From Planctomycetota bacterium (GTDB lineage Bacteria; Planctomycetota; B15-G4; SIAN01), in the NCBI GenBank assembly GCA_031409275.1, contig JANNXA010000022.1, positions 128,001-192,000 on the forward strand: a stretch of 64,000 nucleotides of DNA. Reading direction: 5' to 3'. The stretch's first letter is position 1. Each line of letters opens with the position of its first letter. Position numbers and translations under genes: made by a program. Positions 1 to 9,542 of the stretch are shown one piece after another. The notes beneath the pieces were generated by a model. The model ran no database searches and had not been told where the DNA came from. It was given only the letters and a program-made list of their open reading frames with translations.

Positions 1-627
1 TCCCCGGCCGAGTCGCATCACGCGCAGCCGAGTCAGTCGCTCGACGATTTCCTGCGCCCGCTCGGCACCCGCTGCCGCATGGCGAAGCGCGACACGGCGC
101 GGGCGCGCGCGGCGCTCCTGGCGCTGCGCCGCATCGATCCGCGCTTCACCGATCAGGGCGGCAAGAAGCGTCGGCGCCGCGGCGGATCGGGCGACTTCCT
201 GCGTCGCGAGTTCTTCCACGACGCGTTGCTGCTGATGGAGATCAGCTACCAGGCGGAGTCGCTCGACCTCGCCCCGGTCCTCGAATGGCAACAGAAACGC
301 GATGAGCTCGGTGGTAGCGGCCCACGCCCAGCCGGCTCGCGCAGTGGCGCCGGCCGCTCGCCCCACGGTGGACGCGGCGCTCCTTCGCGGAGTGCGGCCG
401 CAGACGGCGACGAGGTCGACGAATCGGACGGCGCGGCCGAGGCGGCACCTGAAATGGGCGGTGACGCGCGCGCTCCGTCGCCGCGATTCGGCGCGCGACC
501 GGCAGCGACCAACTCGCCGCCGAGCGGGACGGATGGCGATGTGCTGCATCGGCGGCGCCGCCGCCGCCGCCAGCGCAAGAGCCAGCTCTTCGGATCGCCG
601 CAGCGCGATGAAGGTGACCCGGCCTGA
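1..627 (+). CDS. pcnB: 5'-truncated CDS, probable poly(A) polymerase I (PcnB-like) C-terminal region
   Basis: Frame is open from base 1 to TGA at 625-627. KKRRRR...FLRREFFHDALLL resembles the PcnB C-terminal helical region and is followed by a disordered tail with an Arg-rich HRRRRRRRQRK block. The catalytic N-terminus is outside the window. Confidence 0.5.
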   Translation, partial: SPAESHHAQPSQSLDDFLRPLGTRCRMAKRDTARARAALLALRRIDPRFTDQGGKKRRRRGGSGDFLRREFFHDALLLMEISYQAESLDLAPVLEWQQKRDELGGSGPRPAGSRSGAGRSPHGGRGAPSRSAAADGDEVDESDGAAEAAPEMGGDARAPSPRFGARPAATNSPPSGTDGDVLHRRRRRRRQRKSQLFGSPQRDEGDPA

Positions 628-658
628 ACCGTCGCAGCCTTCGGTTCCGGCGTCGCTC

Positions 659-3274
659 TCAGCGCCCTTCGCCGGCCGGAACCGGCGATCGCTTCTCCGC
701 CAGGATCCGGGCCTTCGCGGCCTCGTAGAGCTCGGTCTGCTTGTTCACCAGGCGGACTGGATGACCGGCGATGAACTCGAAGCGCACGTGCGTGCGCAGT
801 TCGAGCGGGTCGCCGTCGGTCACGATCACGTTCGCGCGCTTGCCGACGTCGAGGCTGCCGAGCTGGTCGCCGAGCCCGAGCATCTCGGCCGGAGCCAACG
901 TGACCGCGCGCAGTGCGGCGTCACGCGGCAGGCCGAAGGCAGCGGCCATCCCCGCGTGGTGGCCGAGCTGGCGCACGTTCTCCTGTTCCATCGTCACGAT
1001 CGCGATCGTCACGCCGGCCGCATGCAGCCGCCCGGCGTTGTGGTAGGCCGCGTCGTAGCGCTGATCGCCTCCCGGCATCCCCAGCGGTTTCTCGACCAGG
1101 CAGCGCGCACCGTGCTGCTTCAGGAAGTCGGCGACGCGCCACCCTTCACCACACCCGAGCAGCAGGTAGTTCAGCTGGTGCTTCTCGGCGAAGAGAACCG
1201 CCGTGCGCAGCTGATTGGCGCCGTTGGCATCGATCACGAACAGCTGCCTTGGACGCCCCCCTTCGCTGCGAAGGAAGGGCAGCAGCGCTTCGTGGCCGGG
1301 CGCACGCGGGGTGTTCGGGTCGGCGGCGCGCGCCTCGCCGTGCCGCAACGCCGCCGCGAACCAGCCATCGAGCCGCGTGAACTCCTCCCTCTCGAGCGCC
1401 TTCTCGGGTGACTCCTCGTCGCTGACGGAGGGGCATGCGAGGCGCTGCACGAGGCCGTCGGCGACCGTCATCTCCTCCCACGTCGCTCCAGCGAGGTCGA
1501 TCACGCTGCCGCGTCCCGGCAGCGCCCCGCCCGACGGCAGCACCAGAGAGTGAGTGATGCCATCGCAGCGGGTCACGGCGATGTGGCTCGATCCAGGGTG
1601 GATCGAGGCGGTCACGCGCAAGTCGGGCTCGATCCCACCGATCTCGTTTGAGTCCTGGCCGCCGGCCACCGATCCGATCTCGCCGAGGCCGAGGGTGTCG
1701 CCCGCATCGAAGAGGCCGGGATAGACGTGCAGGCCTTCGCAGCGCACGACTTCAGCGTGGTCCGGCACGCGTACGTCGCGACCGACGGCGACGATCTTGC
1801 CGCCCTCGATCAGGACCACGCCCTGCTCGAGCGCCGGGCCGCTCACCGGATGGACGGTCCCGCCGACGAGCGCGTAGATGCCGCCGTTGCCAGGCAACGG
1901 GAGCGCGGAGGGATCGGGGCAGTCGATCGGTCCGAAGGCGGGCCCGGTCGCGTTCAGGGCGCGCGCTTCGCCGGCGCCGAGCTTGCGTTCGAAGTAGCAC
2001 TCGCCATCGACGAAGGTGTACTCGCAGCGCGAGTAGACGCTGAGCGGGTGGCCGTTGAAGATCGCGAGGTCGCCATCCTTGCCGACTTCGAGGCTGCCGA
2101 CGCTGCCGTCGATCCCGAGCTGCCAGGCGGGGTTGATGGTGACCTGCGCCAACGCGTGGGCCTCGTCGAGGTTCCCGTAACGCAGCGTCTTCGCCGCTTC
2201 GTGATAGAGCCGGCGCGTCAGGTCGACCGAGTCGGAATTGACCGAGCAGCGCACGCCGGCGAGTTCGAGCAGCGCGGCGTTGTGCGGGATGCCGTCGTAG
2301 GCCTCGAGCTTGTAGGCCCACCAGTCGCTGAAGGTGGAGGCGCCGGCGCCGTGGCGGGCGATCTCCGGCGCGACTTTGTAGCCCTCCAGCACGTGCTGCA
2401 GCGTCTTGATGCGGAAGCCGAAGTCCTCGGCCACGCGCATCAGCATCAGGATCTCGTCGGCGCGGTAGCAATGGCTGTGGACGAGGATGCGGCCTTCCAT
2501 GATGTCGACCAGCGCATCGAGGCGCAGGTCGCGGCGCGGTTCGAGCGACGGCTCGCCGCGCGCTTCCGCAGAGCGATGGTTCGCCCACTCGCGCCGATAG
2601 TCCTGCGCGCGCGTGAAAGCGCGGCGCAGCGCCGCCTCGACCCCCATCCGCGACCCCGGATAGCGGCGCGATCGGTCGAAGCCGCCGCCGTTGTTGCTCT
2701 GCTTGGGGTTCTCGCCCAACGCGAACTTGACGCCGCGCGGCGCGCCGGCGAAGAGCATCTCGGCAGCGCTCTTGCCCCAACGCATCTTGACGATCGCGTT
2801 CTGGCCGCCGATCACGTTGGCGCTGCCATGCAGCAGGTTCATCGTGGTCGTGCCGCCCGCGAGGGCGAGCCAGATCGACGGATCGCGGTGGTTCACCTCG
2901 TCGAGGATGCGCACTTCGGGGACGATCGAGAGCGTCCCCTCGTTGACGCCGCCCTCGATCGCGGCGTGGCTGTGGCAGTCGATCAGCCCCGGCATCACGA
3001 ACAGGCCCGTTCCGTCGAGGAGCGTCACTCCTGCCGGCGCGACGAGATCGCTGCCGATCGCCGCGATCTTCCCGCCGCGGATCAGCAGGTCACCCAGTTC
3101 GATCGTTCCTTGAGTCACGGTGAGCAGCGTGGCGTCGCGGACGAAGAGGTCGCCTCCCGTCCGCAGCGTCGGCACCCGATCAGCGTCCGTGACGAAGTCG
3201 TCGCTGCCACCCTCGCCGCCGCGCGCCACCGCGGCGCACGCGACCGCCACGAACCCGATGCGCCAGCTCTTCAT
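659..3274 (-). CDS. Secreted double-domain amidohydrolase (metal-dependent hydrolase family)
   Basis: GGAGG RBS before ATG 3274, which overlaps the upstream stop (ATGA). Signal peptide present. Domain 1 has PGLIDCHSH, KFALGENPK, HSHCYRADE and GSLEVGKDGD. Domain 2 has PGLFDAGDTLG and GSLDVGKRAN. Confidence 0.9.
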   Translation of the reverse strand: MKSWRIGFVAVACAAVARGGEGGSDDFVTDADRVPTLRTGGDLFVRDATLLTVTQGTIELGDLLIRGGKIAAIGSDLVAPAGVTLLDGTGLFVMPGLIDCHSHAAIEGGVNEGTLSIVPEVRILDEVNHRDPSIWLALAGGTTTMNLLHGSANVIGGQNAIVKMRWGKSAAEMLFAGAPRGVKFALGENPKQSNNGGGFDRSRRYPGSRMGVEAALRRAFTRAQDYRREWANHRSAEARGEPSLEPRRDLRLDALVDIMEGRILVHSHCYRADEILMLMRVAEDFGFRIKTLQHVLEGYKVAPEIARHGAGASTFSDWWAYKLEAYDGIPHNAALLELAGVRCSVNSDSVDLTRRLYHEAAKTLRYGNLDEAHALAQVTINPAWQLGIDGSVGSLEVGKDGDLAIFNGHPLSVYSRCEYTFVDGECYFERKLGAGEARALNATGPAFGPIDCPDPSALPLPGNGGIYALVGGTVHPVSGPALEQGVVLIEGGKIVAVGRDVRVPDHAEVVRCEGLHVYPGLFDAGDTLGLGEIGSVAGGQDSNEIGGIEPDLRVTASIHPGSSHIAVTRCDGITHSLVLPSGGALPGRGSVIDLAGATWEEMTVADGLVQRLACPSVSDEESPEKALEREEFTRLDGWFAAALRHGEARAADPNTPRAPGHEALLPFLRSEGGRPRQLFVIDANGANQLRTAVLFAEKHQLNYLLLGCGEGWRVADFLKQHGARCLVEKPLGMPGGDQRYDAAYHNAGRLHAAGVTIAIVTMEQENVRQLGHHAGMAAAFGLPRDAALRAVTLAPAEMLGLGDQLGSLDVGKRANVIVTDGDPLELRTHVRFEFIAGHPVRLVNKQTELYEAAKARILAEKRSPVPAGEGR

Positions 3275-5235
3275 CGCGAATCCTCCGGATGGGCGCCGCA
3301 ACCGCAGCCCTCCCCATGGTCGTGCGCGTCCAGCAGACCCGGACGCCGTGCCGTGAACGGGCTCGGTTCGCCAAACGGAGTGGCGAACTTGCCGGTGAGC
3401 GATTCCTTGGTCGCCGTGCCCGTCAGCTGGAACTCGAACTTGCGGCCCTGGAACTCGGCGCTGATGGTGAGGGCGAAGGCATCGCCTTCGAGCTTCCCGC
3501 TCGAGATCGCAGCCGTCCCCATCTCGCTCTCGAGCGAGCCGCTGAGAGTTCCTCCCTCCTGCTTCAAGGTCAGTGTCGCCGTGAAGCCGTTGGCGCCATC
3601 GCCCTTCAGTTGCCAGGTGCCGGTGAGGTCGAGCGGCTCCGTGACCGCGGCCGGCGGCGTCGCGCCGCCAACTTGGCTAGGGTCGCCGCTGCTCGCGTCC
3701 TTCTTCGCCTCGGCTTCCTTCTTCTTGACCGGCCCGACGTAGTGGTCGCTCCCGATGAAGACGTGCCGGACGGCTCGCTCTTTGGAGGCGAGGTCGCCCT
3801 CCACCACGATCAAGTTGGCGCGAGCGCCGACCCGGATCGAGCCGAGTTCACGCTCGCTGCCGAAGAGGCGCGCGGGGGTCGTCGTCAACGCCGCGATCGC
3901 CGCGTCCGCGGCGAGCCCATGTTCGAGCGCGACGCGCAGATCGGCGAAGAAATCGCTCGGCCCGCTGCTGCCACGTTGCGACAGGGCGACGTCGACGTGG
4001 GCGGCGAGCAGCCGCTCGACGTTCTCGACCTCGTCGATCCAGGCGGCTTCGCGCTGTTCGAAGAGTTCGAGCGGCTCGGCGAGAAGGGCGTCCTCGACCT
4101 CCCATTCCTGCACGGGCTTCGCGGCGTTCTCCACGGCCGCCACCTCCGCTGGAGCGGTGGCCGGCACCGCCGCGCTCTCCGCGGGAACAGGGGCGGGCGT
4201 CGCCGCGGCTGCCGCCTCCGTCTTCTTGCGCTTGGCGCCGCGCCGTTCCGGGGCGTCGGGGAAGGCGAGGCTCGCGATCACCGGCGTCTTCGTCGCCGCG
4301 AGCTCGGCGGCGCACTTCCACGCCTCCTTGCCACCGACGATCCAGGGGGCGAGCCCGAACTCCTGCGCCAGCGCGAGGGCGCGCCGGATGTCGTTCTCGC
4401 GATCGACGAGGAACGCGACTCGCAGCTTTCCGTTCAGCGCCAATCCAAGCGTCTCGAGGCACTCGTCGTCCGGCGGCCGTTCCACACCGGCCTGCTCACG
4501 ACTCCACGCCTCCTGCCATCGCGTCAGATGGCGTGCGTCGAGGAAGGCCTGGCGCAGGTGAGCGAGCGCACCCATCAACGTGGTCGGGTAGCCGAACTCG
4601 CCGTCGTCCCGCGGGCGGCCGCGTCCGCCGCCCCCACCGCCGCTCGCGCTGCGGTACTTGAGCAACAGCACTCCCGGTTCGCCGATCACGGCGCGGCGCG
4701 GCGGCGCGTCCGAAAGTTCGAGCAGACACGCCTGACCGGGCAACAACCCCTCGAGCGGTGCGAGCAACTGGGCCGTGAAGCCGGCGAAACGCAGCTTGTC
4801 GAGCGCGTCATGGTTCGGAGCGCCAAGCAGCGCCCGCGCCCGCAGCTCGGGCCGCAGGCCGCGGCGGCTCGCTTCGGCGGTCTCAGCGAAGGCCGCCTTC
4901 CCGTAGTCCTGCGCCTCGCCATCGCTCTTCGGGAGCAACGGCAACCCCGACTCCTTGTCGAGGGCGAGTTCGCCGAAACCGTCAATGAAGCCGGGCCACA
5001 CGGTGAGTCCGCTCACGTCGAGGCGCTCGCATCCCGCGGGTAGCGGCAGCTCGGCGCCGATGGCGGCGACGCGGCCGTCGACGATCAGCAGGGTCACCCC
5101 GTCCTGGGTGCCGCTCGCGCTGACCACCCGCGCTTTCTCGAGTGCGATCGACTCTCCCGCCGGCGCGACGGGCGCCAACAGCCAGAGGCCCGACAGCGCC
5201 AAAGCGCGTCCCGGATCGTGTCGCGTGACCCCCAT
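3271..5235 (-). CDS. Amidohydrolase-family protein with a degenerate metal site, a C-terminal beta domain and a His/Cys tail
   Basis: Signal-like N-terminus; motifs VWPGFIDG, YPTTLMGALAHLRQ, TTTPARLFG and GSIRVGARAN. Ends in HDHGEGCGCGAH. Confidence 0.85.
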   Translation of the reverse strand: MGVTRHDPGRALALSGLWLLAPVAPAGESIALEKARVVSASGTQDGVTLLIVDGRVAAIGAELPLPAGCERLDVSGLTVWPGFIDGFGELALDKESGLPLLPKSDGEAQDYGKAAFAETAEASRRGLRPELRARALLGAPNHDALDKLRFAGFTAQLLAPLEGLLPGQACLLELSDAPPRRAVIGEPGVLLLKYRSASGGGGGGRGRPRDDGEFGYPTTLMGALAHLRQAFLDARHLTRWQEAWSREQAGVERPPDDECLETLGLALNGKLRVAFLVDRENDIRRALALAQEFGLAPWIVGGKEAWKCAAELAATKTPVIASLAFPDAPERRGAKRKKTEAAAAATPAPVPAESAAVPATAPAEVAAVENAAKPVQEWEVEDALLAEPLELFEQREAAWIDEVENVERLLAAHVDVALSQRGSSGPSDFFADLRVALEHGLAADAAIAALTTTPARLFGSERELGSIRVGARANLIVVEGDLASKERAVRHVFIGSDHYVGPVKKKEAEAKKDASSGDPSQVGGATPPAAVTEPLDLTGTWQLKGDGANGFTATLTLKQEGGTLSGSLESEMGTAAISSGKLEGDAFALTISAEFQGRKFEFQLTGTATKESLTGKFATPFGEPSPFTARRPGLLDAHDHGEGCGCGAHPEDSR

Positions 5236-5367
5236 CGCATGCTCCTACGGCCGACGTAGCGCCGGCGATTCGTCAGATTGCCAAGTGCGGTGACGGCGAT
5301 ACAGGCTGCGCACCGCACGAGCGGAGCGCCGTTGAGTTCCGCCTCGCCACCACGGAGACTGCCGCGC

Positions 5368-6327
5368 ATGAATCAAAAAGCCGCCTCCGACCCGTCGAGT
5401 CCCCGGCTCGCCGAGCGGCTGCGTCCACCGCTTTCGCGCGCGCTGCTCGGCAAGCCGGACGCCATCGACGCCCTCCTCACGGCGCTGTTCGCGGGCGGCC
5501 ACCTGCTGCTCGAAGACGTTCCAGGGGTCGGCAAGACGATGCTGGCGAAGGCGCTCGCGCGCTGCCTCGACCTCTCGTTCCACCGCATCCAGTTCACCGC
5601 CGACCTGCTCCCCGCGGACCTGCTCGGGGTCGCGGTGCTGCAACCGGAACGCGGCACGTTCGAATGGAAGCCGGGCCCGATCTTCGCGCACGTCGTGCTC
5701 GCGGACGAACTCAACCGAACCCCGCCACGAACGCAGTCGAGCCTGCTCGAGGCGCTCGAGGACGGCCACGTGAGCGTCGACGGCCAGGTTCACGAGTTGC
5801 CGCAGCCGTTCTTCGTCGTGGCCACGCAGAACCCGGTCGAGTTCGCGGGTACCTATCCGCTCCCGGAGTCGGAGCTCGACCGATTCCTCTTGTGCACCTC
5901 GATCGGCCACCCCGATCGCGCCACCGAGCGGCGCATCCTCGAAGCGCATCGCAGCGGCGCGCCGATCGACTCGCTGCAGCCGGTTGCGACGGCGGCGGAC
6001 GTGCTGGCCGAGCGGGCGGCCGTCGCGAAGGTGCGCATGGACGCAAGCCTCCTCGAGTACCTGCTCGACATCGTGGAAGCGACGCGCCGCGACGGCCGCA
6101 TTCGCCTCGGCGCGAGTCCGCGGGCCGCGATCGCCTTCGAGCGCGCCGCGCGGGCACGGGCGCGCGTGCGCGGGCGCGACTACGTCGTGCCAGAGGACGT
6201 GAAGGAGCTGGCGATTCCGGTGCTCGCTCATCGGATCGTGGTGAGCGGCGCGGGTGGCGAGGGCGGTCGCAGCCACGCGGCGCGTGTGCTCGGCGAACTG
6301 CTCGAGCGGCTCGTCGTGCCCGCGTGA
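5368..6327 (+). CDS. moxR: MoxR family AAA+ ATPase
   Basis: GHLLLEDVPGVGKT (Walker A), RIQFTADLLPADL, LADELNRTPPRTQSSLLEA, ATQNP, YPLPESELDRF, GASPRA. Confidence 0.95.
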   Translation: MNQKAASDPSSPRLAERLRPPLSRALLGKPDAIDALLTALFAGGHLLLEDVPGVGKTMLAKALARCLDLSFHRIQFTADLLPADLLGVAVLQPERGTFEWKPGPIFAHVVLADELNRTPPRTQSSLLEALEDGHVSVDGQVHELPQPFFVVATQNPVEFAGTYPLPESELDRFLLCTSIGHPDRATERRILEAHRSGAPIDSLQPVATAADVLAERAAVAKVRMDASLLEYLLDIVEATRRDGRIRLGASPRAAIAFERAARARARVRGRDYVVPEDVKELAIPVLAHRIVVSGAGGEGGRSHAARVLGELLERLVVPA

Positions 6328-6340
6328 CGTTCGCGCGCCG

Positions 6341-7474
6341 ATGAACGTGCGGCGACGCTTCAGTCCGGCCGGCAAGCTCTGCCTGCTCGCGTCGGCGGCG
6401 TTCGGCGTGACGGCGCTGCTCTTCGGTCATCCTTTTCCCGCGCTCGCCGCGGGATTCACGCTCGGTCTGCTGGCGTTCAGTTCGCCGGGTCGCGCCACGT
6501 TCGAGCGCCTGCGTTTCCTGCAGCTGCCGCCGGCGCGTCTCCTCGAAGATGACGAGCGCTGGCTCGAGATCGACTATTCGCTCACCGGAGCGGTGGCGCC
6601 GCTGGCGGTGTCGTTGCGCGCGCATGGACCGGCGGCAGCGCTCGAGGCGGCGACGCCCGCGCTCCTGCCGACGCCGCTCGGCCGGCTGCCGATCCGCGTG
6701 CGTGCCCTCCGCCGTGGCCGGCACGAAAAGCTCGCGTTCGAAGTGCAGCTTCGCGGCGCGTTCGGGCTGCGTTCGCAGATCGCGATGTTCGAGGTACCGA
6801 CCGATCTGTGGGTGCTTCCGCGACCGCGCGTCCTGCGCGAGCGCGTGCTGGAGCAGATGCTGGCGCTGCGCCCGTGGGGTAGCGAGCGACCGCAACCCTC
6901 CGGCCCCGGCGAAGGCGACTTCTACGCGCTGCGTGATTGGCGCGAAGGCGACGCCGAGCACGCGGTTTCGCCGCGCCTCTCGGCCCGGCGCGGCCGCAAG
7001 GTGGTGCGCATCTTTCGCGGCGAAGCGCCGCCGGTGGTCCACGTCGTCGTCGACCTGCGAGTGGCGCGCGGTGGCAAGCGTTTCGGTCAGGTCGACTTCG
7101 ACGAGGCGATGCGCTTTGCGGCGGGGATCGTGAAAGTGCTGCTGCGCCGCGCCGTGCCCGTGTCGCTGACATTGCTCGAAACGGATGGCGCGCGCCTCGC
7201 CGTCGCCGCGAGCTGCCGCGACCTCCATGCCTACCTCGGCGCGCTGGCGCTGGCGCGGCCGCAGCCGTGCCTGACGCCGCCCGACGCTCCGGTCGGGGTC
7301 GCTGCGACGCTCGCGGGTCGCAAGGTATTGCTCCATCTGGGCCAGATCGCGGAGGAGCAGCTGCCGAGTGGCTGGCTCGCCATCCGCGTCGGCGCTCGCC
7401 GCTACTACCAGTTGCTCGACCTGCAGCTCTCGGCGTCGCCCACGCCCGAAGCGGAGGTGCGCGATGAGCGATGA
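6341..7474 (+). CDS. DUF58 domain membrane protein
   Basis: Two N-terminal hydrophobic helices and GEGDFYALRDWREGD, a DUF58-like motif. Lies directly after moxR. Confidence 0.8.
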   Translation: MNVRRRFSPAGKLCLLASAAFGVTALLFGHPFPALAAGFTLGLLAFSSPGRATFERLRFLQLPPARLLEDDERWLEIDYSLTGAVAPLAVSLRAHGPAAALEAATPALLPTPLGRLPIRVRALRRGRHEKLAFEVQLRGAFGLRSQIAMFEVPTDLWVLPRPRVLRERVLEQMLALRPWGSERPQPSGPGEGDFYALRDWREGDAEHAVSPRLSARRGRKVVRIFRGEAPPVVHVVVDLRVARGGKRFGQVDFDEAMRFAAGIVKVLLRRAVPVSLTLLETDGARLAVAASCRDLHAYLGALALARPQPCLTPPDAPVGVAATLAGRKVLLHLGQIAEEQLPSGWLAIRVGARRYYQLLDLQLSASPTPEAEVRDER

Positions 7475-9542
7475 GGGGGCGTTGCGGCCGCGCTTTCCGT
7501 TGCGCGAGCTCTTCGGCGGGCTGCTGATCGCGCTGGCCGCATCATCGTGCGGAGCGCCGAGCCTCGCGACGGCGCTCGCGCTCGCCGGAACGATCCTGCT
7601 GGCGGCGGCGATCCGAGCCTGGACGATGCGCGGCCGCGACCGCATGGGCACGCTTCGGCGCGCCGCGCTGCCGCTCACACTCGCCCTCGGCGCGGCGCTG
7701 CTCGCGGTGTGGGGCCATTCGCCGGAGCACGCGGCGCCGCGCTTCCAGGTGAGCTGGTGGTTGCTGGTCGGAGTTCCATTCGCGATCTGGGTGGCGCAGG
7801 ATGCGGAAGGCGTGTTGCCGCGCGTTCCGGCGCTCGCCGCCTGTTTCTACTTCGCGTTGATGCTCGGCCTGTTGGGAGCCGAGCCATGGGATCAGCGCGT
7901 CGGCCGGATGTTGGTGGCGGCGCTGGCCGTGGTGGGCGTCGCCGCGGCGGCGCTCGATGCGACGCGCCGGATGCTGCCGCGCGGGGCGCCCGCGCCGTCG
8001 TCGTCGAGCTGGCGCCGCGCGATCGCCACGTGGATCGTGGTTGCGTTGCTGGCGCTGCTGTGTGGAGTCGGACTCGACCTCGCTCTTGGCCCACTCCCGC
8101 GGTCGTGGCTCGAGCCACCGCCGCCGCCGCGCAACGATGCGCTCGGGGCGCGGCTTCCGGCACCGACGGCGGGCGACCCGACGCGAACGCTCGCACTGGT
8201 CCGGTGGCTCGGCGATGGCGCGGCGCCCCCCGCTCGGCTCTATCTGCGCGAGCGAGTGCTCGACGAGCTGATCGAAGGCGACGACCTGCTCTACCTCGGT
8301 GCGCGCATCGGTGCGGCGAGCTGGCGGCGCGACGATGAGGATGGCGTGCTCGACCACCGCGTCGTCGCGCCCGAAGCGGCGTCAGGAGCCGCCGCGACGG
8401 ACGAGGTGGCGTTCCAGGTCACGTTGCTCGGAGCGGCGCCGCGCGTGCTGTTGCGGGTCGATGCGCCGCGCTGGATCGACGGCGAGAGCTTCACGATCGG
8501 GCCCGACCTCGCCTTCGAGCGACCCAACGCTCAATCGGAAGCGTTCAGCTATCGAGTGGGCGCCGCGCTGCCCGACGCGCTGCTGGCCGCGAGCGGGTCA
8601 TGGAGCGCCGCGCCGGATCTGGAAGGCCGGCGATTGCCCGACAAGTTCGACGGCCGCGCGACGTTCGAGGCGCTGCTCGCCAAGCTGGCGGTGCCCGCAG
8701 GCGACGCGCGGTCGCAAGTGCATGCGCTTGTCGAGAACTTGCGCAGCACCGGTCGCATCGACGCTTCGCAACCGTTCCGAAGCTGGACCGACTTCCTCGC
8801 CCTGCGCGCCGGATCGCCGCTCCATTTCGCGCAGAGCGCCGCGTTGCTCGCGCGGCTCGCGCGTTTCCCGGCGCGTGTCGTCGCCGGCTTCGCGACCGAC
8901 CGTTTCGTCGCCGCGGAGCGCAGCTTCGAAGTGCGCGCGAACGACGCGCACTACTGGATCGAGGTGGCGTTCGACGAGCGCGGCTGGGTTGGCTTCGATC
9001 CGTGCCCGCTCCTGGCCGGAGCGTCCGACTCGGAAGTCGCGGAGGCCGCGCTGGAACAGCAGGATCAGGTCGATCGCAAGTCCCTGCGCAACACGTTCGT
9101 GCAGCAGCGGCCGCTGATCGTCGGACTCGCGTTGTTGCTGCTGGTGGCGGCGATCTTCGCCTTCCCGACGCTACGAACGCGGGTCGAGCAGATGCTGCGC
9201 AGCCGCGGCCCGGCCGGCGTCGCGCCGCCCGCTCGCCGCGCGTGGCGCTTCTGGCAGGAACTCATCGAGCGATGCCGACGGCACGGGCTCGCCCCCCATC
9301 CCTCGTGGACGGCGAGCGAGTTCGCCAGCGCACTGGCGGCAGCGTTGCCGTCGCAGCGCGACGGGCTCAGCGACCTTTTGCGTCTCTATCACGAGGGACG
9401 TTTCGGGAACGCGACGCTGGCCGAGGCGGACGAGGCGCGCGTGCGCGAGGTGCTCGATGCGGAGTTGCCGGCGGCGCTGACGATCTGGCAGCGCGAGCGG
9501 AAGGCGGCGACGCCAGACGCTCCGGACCGCAATAGACGTTGA
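7464..9542 (+). CDS. Membrane transglutaminase-like (TgpA-type) protein with a C-terminal DUF4129-like domain
   Basis: GGAGG RBS; multiple N-terminal TM helices; PARVVAGF, DAHYWIEV and GWVGFDP motifs; C-terminal WTASEFA...LYHEGRFG. Fits the usual moxR-DUF58-TGase gene order. Confidence 0.85.
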   Translation: MSDEGALRPRFPLRELFGGLLIALAASSCGAPSLATALALAGTILLAAAIRAWTMRGRDRMGTLRRAALPLTLALGAALLAVWGHSPEHAAPRFQVSWWLLVGVPFAIWVAQDAEGVLPRVPALAACFYFALMLGLLGAEPWDQRVGRMLVAALAVVGVAAAALDATRRMLPRGAPAPSSSSWRRAIATWIVVALLALLCGVGLDLALGPLPRSWLEPPPPPRNDALGARLPAPTAGDPTRTLALVRWLGDGAAPPARLYLRERVLDELIEGDDLLYLGARIGAASWRRDDEDGVLDHRVVAPEAASGAAATDEVAFQVTLLGAAPRVLLRVDAPRWIDGESFTIGPDLAFERPNAQSEAFSYRVGAALPDALLAASGSWSAAPDLEGRRLPDKFDGRATFEALLAKLAVPAGDARSQVHALVENLRSTGRIDASQPFRSWTDFLALRAGSPLHFAQSAALLARLARFPARVVAGFATDRFVAAERSFEVRANDAHYWIEVAFDERGWVGFDPCPLLAGASDSEVAEAALEQQDQVDRKSLRNTFVQQRPLIVGLALLLLVAAIFAFPTLRTRVEQMLRSRGPAGVAPPARRAWRFWQELIERCRRHGLAPHPSWTASEFASALAAALPSQRDGLSDLLRLYHEGRFGNATLAEADEARVREVLDAELPAALTIWQRERKAATPDAPDRNRR

